Below the pieces are notes generated by a model, which saw nothing but the letters and a program-made list of their open reading frames with translations, searched no databases and was not told the DNA's origin. Of a stretch of DNA of 64,000 nt, positions 60,201 to 64,000 are shown piece after piece; the stretch's first letter is position 1; each line of letters opens with the position of its first letter. Source of the DNA: Squalus acanthias (lineage: Eukaryota); NCBI GenBank assembly GCA_030390025.1, contig CM059438.1:59770001-59834000 (forward strand), written 5' to 3'. The translations under genes and the position numbers were made by a program.

Positions 60201-63200
60201 GGGTAAGGTCACATAGGCTCGCAGGGTGCAGTCACATGGCCCCGCAGGGTAAGGTCACATGGCCTCGCAGGGTGAGGACACATGGCCCCGCAGGGTAAGG
60301 TCACATGGGCCCGCAGGGGGAAGTCACATGGGCCCGCAGGGTGAGGTCACATGGCCTCGCAGGGTGAGGTCACAGGACCCCGCAGGGTGAGGTCACATGG
60401 GCCCGCAGGGTGAGGTCACACGGCCCCGCAAGGTGTGGTCACATGGCCACTCATGGTGTGGTCACATGTACCCGCAGGGTGTGGTCACATGGCCACACAT
60501 GGTGAGGTCACACGGCCATGCAGGGTGTGGTCACATGAGCCCACAGGGTGAGGTCACATGGCCACGCAGGGTGTGGTCACATGGGCCCGCAGTGTGCGGT
60601 CACATGGGCCCGCAAGGTGAGGTCACACGGCCCCGCAGGGTGAGGTCACACGGCCTCGCAGTTTGCGGTCACATGGGCCCGCAGTGTGCGGTCACATGGG
60701 CCCGCAAGGTGAGGTCACACGGCCTCGCAGGGTAAGGTCACATGGGCCCGCAGGGTGAGGTCACATTGGCCCGCAGGGTGAGGTCACATGGCCCTGCAGA
60801 GTGTTGTCACATGGCCACGCAGTGTGAGGTCACATGAGCCCGCAGGGTGAGGTCACATGGGCCCGCAGGTTGAGGTCACATGGCCACGTAGGGTGAGATC
60901 ACATGGGCCCGCAGGGTGAGGTCACATGGGCCCGCAAGGTGAGGTCACACAGCCACGCATGGTGAGGTCACATGGCCCCGCAGGGTGAGGTCACATGGGC
61001 CCGCAGGGTGAGGTCACATGGCCATGCATAGTGATGTCACACGGCCTCGCAGGGTGTGGTCACATTGGCCCACAGGGTGCGGTCACATGGGTCCGCAGGG
61101 TGCGGGCACACGGGCACGCAGGGTAAGGTCACATGGGCCCGCAGGGTGAGGTCACACGGCCCCGCCGGGTGAGGTCACAAGGGCCCGCAGGGTGAGGTCA
61201 CACGTCCCCGCAGGGTGAGGTCACAAGTCCCCGCAGGGTGCGGTCACATGGCCCCACAGCGTGAGATCACATGGCCCTGCAAGGTAAGGTCACATGGCCT
61301 CGCAGGGTGAGGACACATGGCCCCGCAGGGTGCGGTCACATGGCCCTGCAGGGTAAGGTCACATAGGCTCGCAGGGTGCAGTCACATGGCCCCGCAGGTT
61401 AAGGTCACATGGCCTCGCAGGGTGAGGACACATGGCCCCGCAGGGTAAGGTCACATGGGCCCGCAGGGTGAGGTCACATGGGGCCGCAGGGTGAGGTCAC
61501 ATGGGCCCGCAGGGTGAGGTCACATGGGCCCGCAGGGTGCGGTCACATGGCCCTGCAGGGAGTCGTCACATGGGCCGCAGGGTGAGGTCACATGGGCCCG
61601 CAGGGTGCGGTCACATGGCCCTGCAGGGCAAGGTCACATGGGCCCGCAGGGTGCGGTCACATGGCCCCGCAGGGTGCGGTCACATGGCTCCACAGCATGA
61701 GGTCACATGGCCCCGCAGGGTAAGGTCACATGGGCCCGCAGGGATAATGTCACATGGGCCCACAGGGTGCGGTCACAGGGCCCCGCAGGGTAAGGTCACA
61801 TGGCCCCGCAGGGTAAGGTCACATGGGACCGCAGGGTGCGGTCACATGGTCCTGCAGGGTAAGGTCACATGGGCCCACAGGGTGAGGTCACATGGTCCCG
61901 CAGGGTGAGGTCACATTGGCCCGCAGGGTGAGGTCACATGGCCCCGCAGAGTGTTGTCACATGGCCACGCAGTGTGAGGTCACATGAGCCCGCAGGGTGA
62001 GGTCACATGGGCCCGCAGGGTGAGGTCACATGGCCACGCAGGGTGAGATCACATGGGCCCGCAGGGTGAGGTCACATGGGCCCGCAAGGTGAGGTCACAC
62101 AGCCACGCATGGTGAGGTCACATGGCCCCGCAGGGTGCGGTCACATGGGCCCGCAGGGTGAGGTCACATGGCCATGCATGGTGATGTCACACGGCCTCGC
62201 AGGGTGTGGTCACATTGGCCCACAGGGTGCGGTCACATGGGCCCACAGGGTAAGGTCACATGGGCCCGCAGGGTGAGGTCACATGGGTCCGCAGGGTGCG
62301 GTCACATTGGCACGCAGGGTAAGGTCACATGGGCCCGCAGGGTGAGGTCACACGGCCCTACAGCATGAGGTCACATGGCCCCGCAGGGTGCGGTCACATG
62401 GCCCCGCAGGGTGCGGTCACATGGCCCCACAGCATGAGGTCACAGGGCCCCGCAGGGTAAGGTCACATGGCCCCGCAGGGTGCGGTCACATGGTCCTGCA
62501 GGGTAAGGTCACATGGGCCCACAGGGTGAGGTCACATGGTCCCGCAGGGTGAGGTCACATTGGCCCGCAGGGTGAGGTCACATGGCCCCGCAGAGTGTTG
62601 TCACATGGCCACGCAGTGTGAGGTCACATGAGCCCGCAGGGTGAGGTCACATGGGCCCGCAGGGTGAGGTCACATGGCCACGCAGGGTGAGATCACATGG
62701 GCCCGCAGGGTGAGGTCACATGGGCCCGCAAGGTGAGGTCACACAGCCACGCATGGTGAGGTCACATGGCCCCGCAGGGTGCGGTCACATGGGCCCGCAG
62801 GGTGAGGTCACATGGCCATGCATGGTGATGTCACACGGCCTCGCAGGGTGTGGTCACATTGGCCCACAGGGTGCGGTCACATGGGCCCACAGGGTAAGGT
62901 CACATGGGCCCGCAGGGTGAGGTCACATGGGCCCGCAGGGTGAGGTCACATGGGTCCGCAGGGTGCGGTCACATTGGCACGCAGGGTAAGGTCACATGGG
63001 CCCGCAGGGTGAGGTCACACGGCCCCGCCGGGTGAGGTCACATGGGCCCGCAGGGTGAGGTCACACGGCCCCGCAGGGTGCGGTCACATGGCCCCACAGC
63101 GTGAGGTCACATGGCCCTGCAAGGTAAGGTCACATGGCCTCGCAGGGTGAGGACACATGGCCCCGCAGGGTGCGGTCACATGGCCCTGCAGGGTAAGGTC

Positions 63201-64000
63201 ACATAGGCTCGCAGGGTGCAGTCACATGGCCCCGCAGGGTAAGGTCACATGGCCTCGCAGGGTGAGGACACATGGCCCCGCAGGGTAAGGTCACATGGGC
63301 CCGCAGGGGGAGGTCACATGGGCCCGCAGGGTGAGGTCACATGGCCTCGCAGGGTGAGGTCACAGGACCCCGCAGGGTGAGGTCACATGGGCCCGCAGGG
63401 TGAGGTCACACGGCCCCGCAAGGTGTGGTCACATGGCCACTCATGGTGTGGTCACATGTACCCGCAGGGTGTGGTCACACGGCCACACATGGTGAGGTCA
63501 CACGGCCATGCAGGGTGTGGTCACATGAGCCCACAGGGTGAGGTCACATGGCCACGCAGGGTGTGGTCACATGGGCCCGCAGTGTGCGGTCACATGGGCC
63601 CGCAAGGTGAGGTCACACGGCCCCGCAGGGTGAGGTCACACGGCCTCGCAGTTTGCGGTCACATGGGCCGGCAGGGTAAGGTCACATGGGCCCGCAGGGT
63701 GAGGTCACATTGGCCCGCAGGGTGAGGTCACATGGCCCTGCAGAGTGTTGTCACATGGCCACGCAGTGTGAGGTCACATGAGCCCGCAGGGTGAGGTCAC
63801 ATGGGCCCGCAGGGTGAGGTCACATGGGCCCGCATGGTGAGGTCACATGGCCCCGCAGGGTGCGGTCACATGGGCCCGCAGGGTGAGGTCACATGGCCAT
63901 GCATGGTGATGTCACACGGCCTCGCAGGGTGTGGTCACATTGGCCCACAGGGTGCGGTCACATGGGCCCACAGGGTAAGGTCACATGGGCCCGCAGGGTG
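42262..64000. repeat. 23-bp GC/CpG-rich satellite, >21.7 kb (about 945 units), consensus GGGTGAGGTCACATGGGCCCGCA; continues past the window end
   Basis: Period measured directly (GGGTGAGG at 42269 and 42292). Many variant units are arranged in higher-order blocks; I saw no interspersed elements. Confidence 0.98.

Noticed and set aside
42281..63725. Numerous short ORFs (MGPQGEVTWARRVRSHG...)
   Set aside because: Translations of the 23-bp satellite, interrupted by TGA/TAA about every third unit.
20347..64000. CRISPR-like arrays
   Set aside because: Units are head-to-tail with no unique spacers, there are no cas genes, and the context is eukaryotic.

Overview
Eukaryotic, repeat-dense genomic DNA. 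The repeat inventory (CR1, L2, RTE and Tx1-type LINEs, a DeuSINE-like tRNA SINE, Penelope-type palindromes, PIF/Harbinger-type DNA elements) suggests a cartilaginous fish; this is an inference. The only host coding sequence I can support is six + strand exons forming two copies of a three-exon GLIPR2/GAPR-1-like CAP-domain module. Module 1 is 3586-3804, 11114-11188, 31109-31347; module 2 is 35975-36193, 40208-40285, 40828-41076. Module 2 is intact and phase-symmetric. Module 1 has a near-identical first exon but degenerate second and third exons, and a roughly 37-fold expanded intron. The introns hold three satellites (27 bp at 20347-26773, 30/31 bp at 27605-29363, 23 bp from 42262 to the window end). 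They also hold an ORF1-only Tx1-like retroelement inserted into a SINE tRNA head with further nested insertions, and two ~190-bp Penelope-type palindromes, one with complete minimal hammerhead ribozyme motifs on both strands. Most long ORFs in the supplied track are artefacts of satellites or LINE fragments. All alignments and counts were done by eye and no database search was run.
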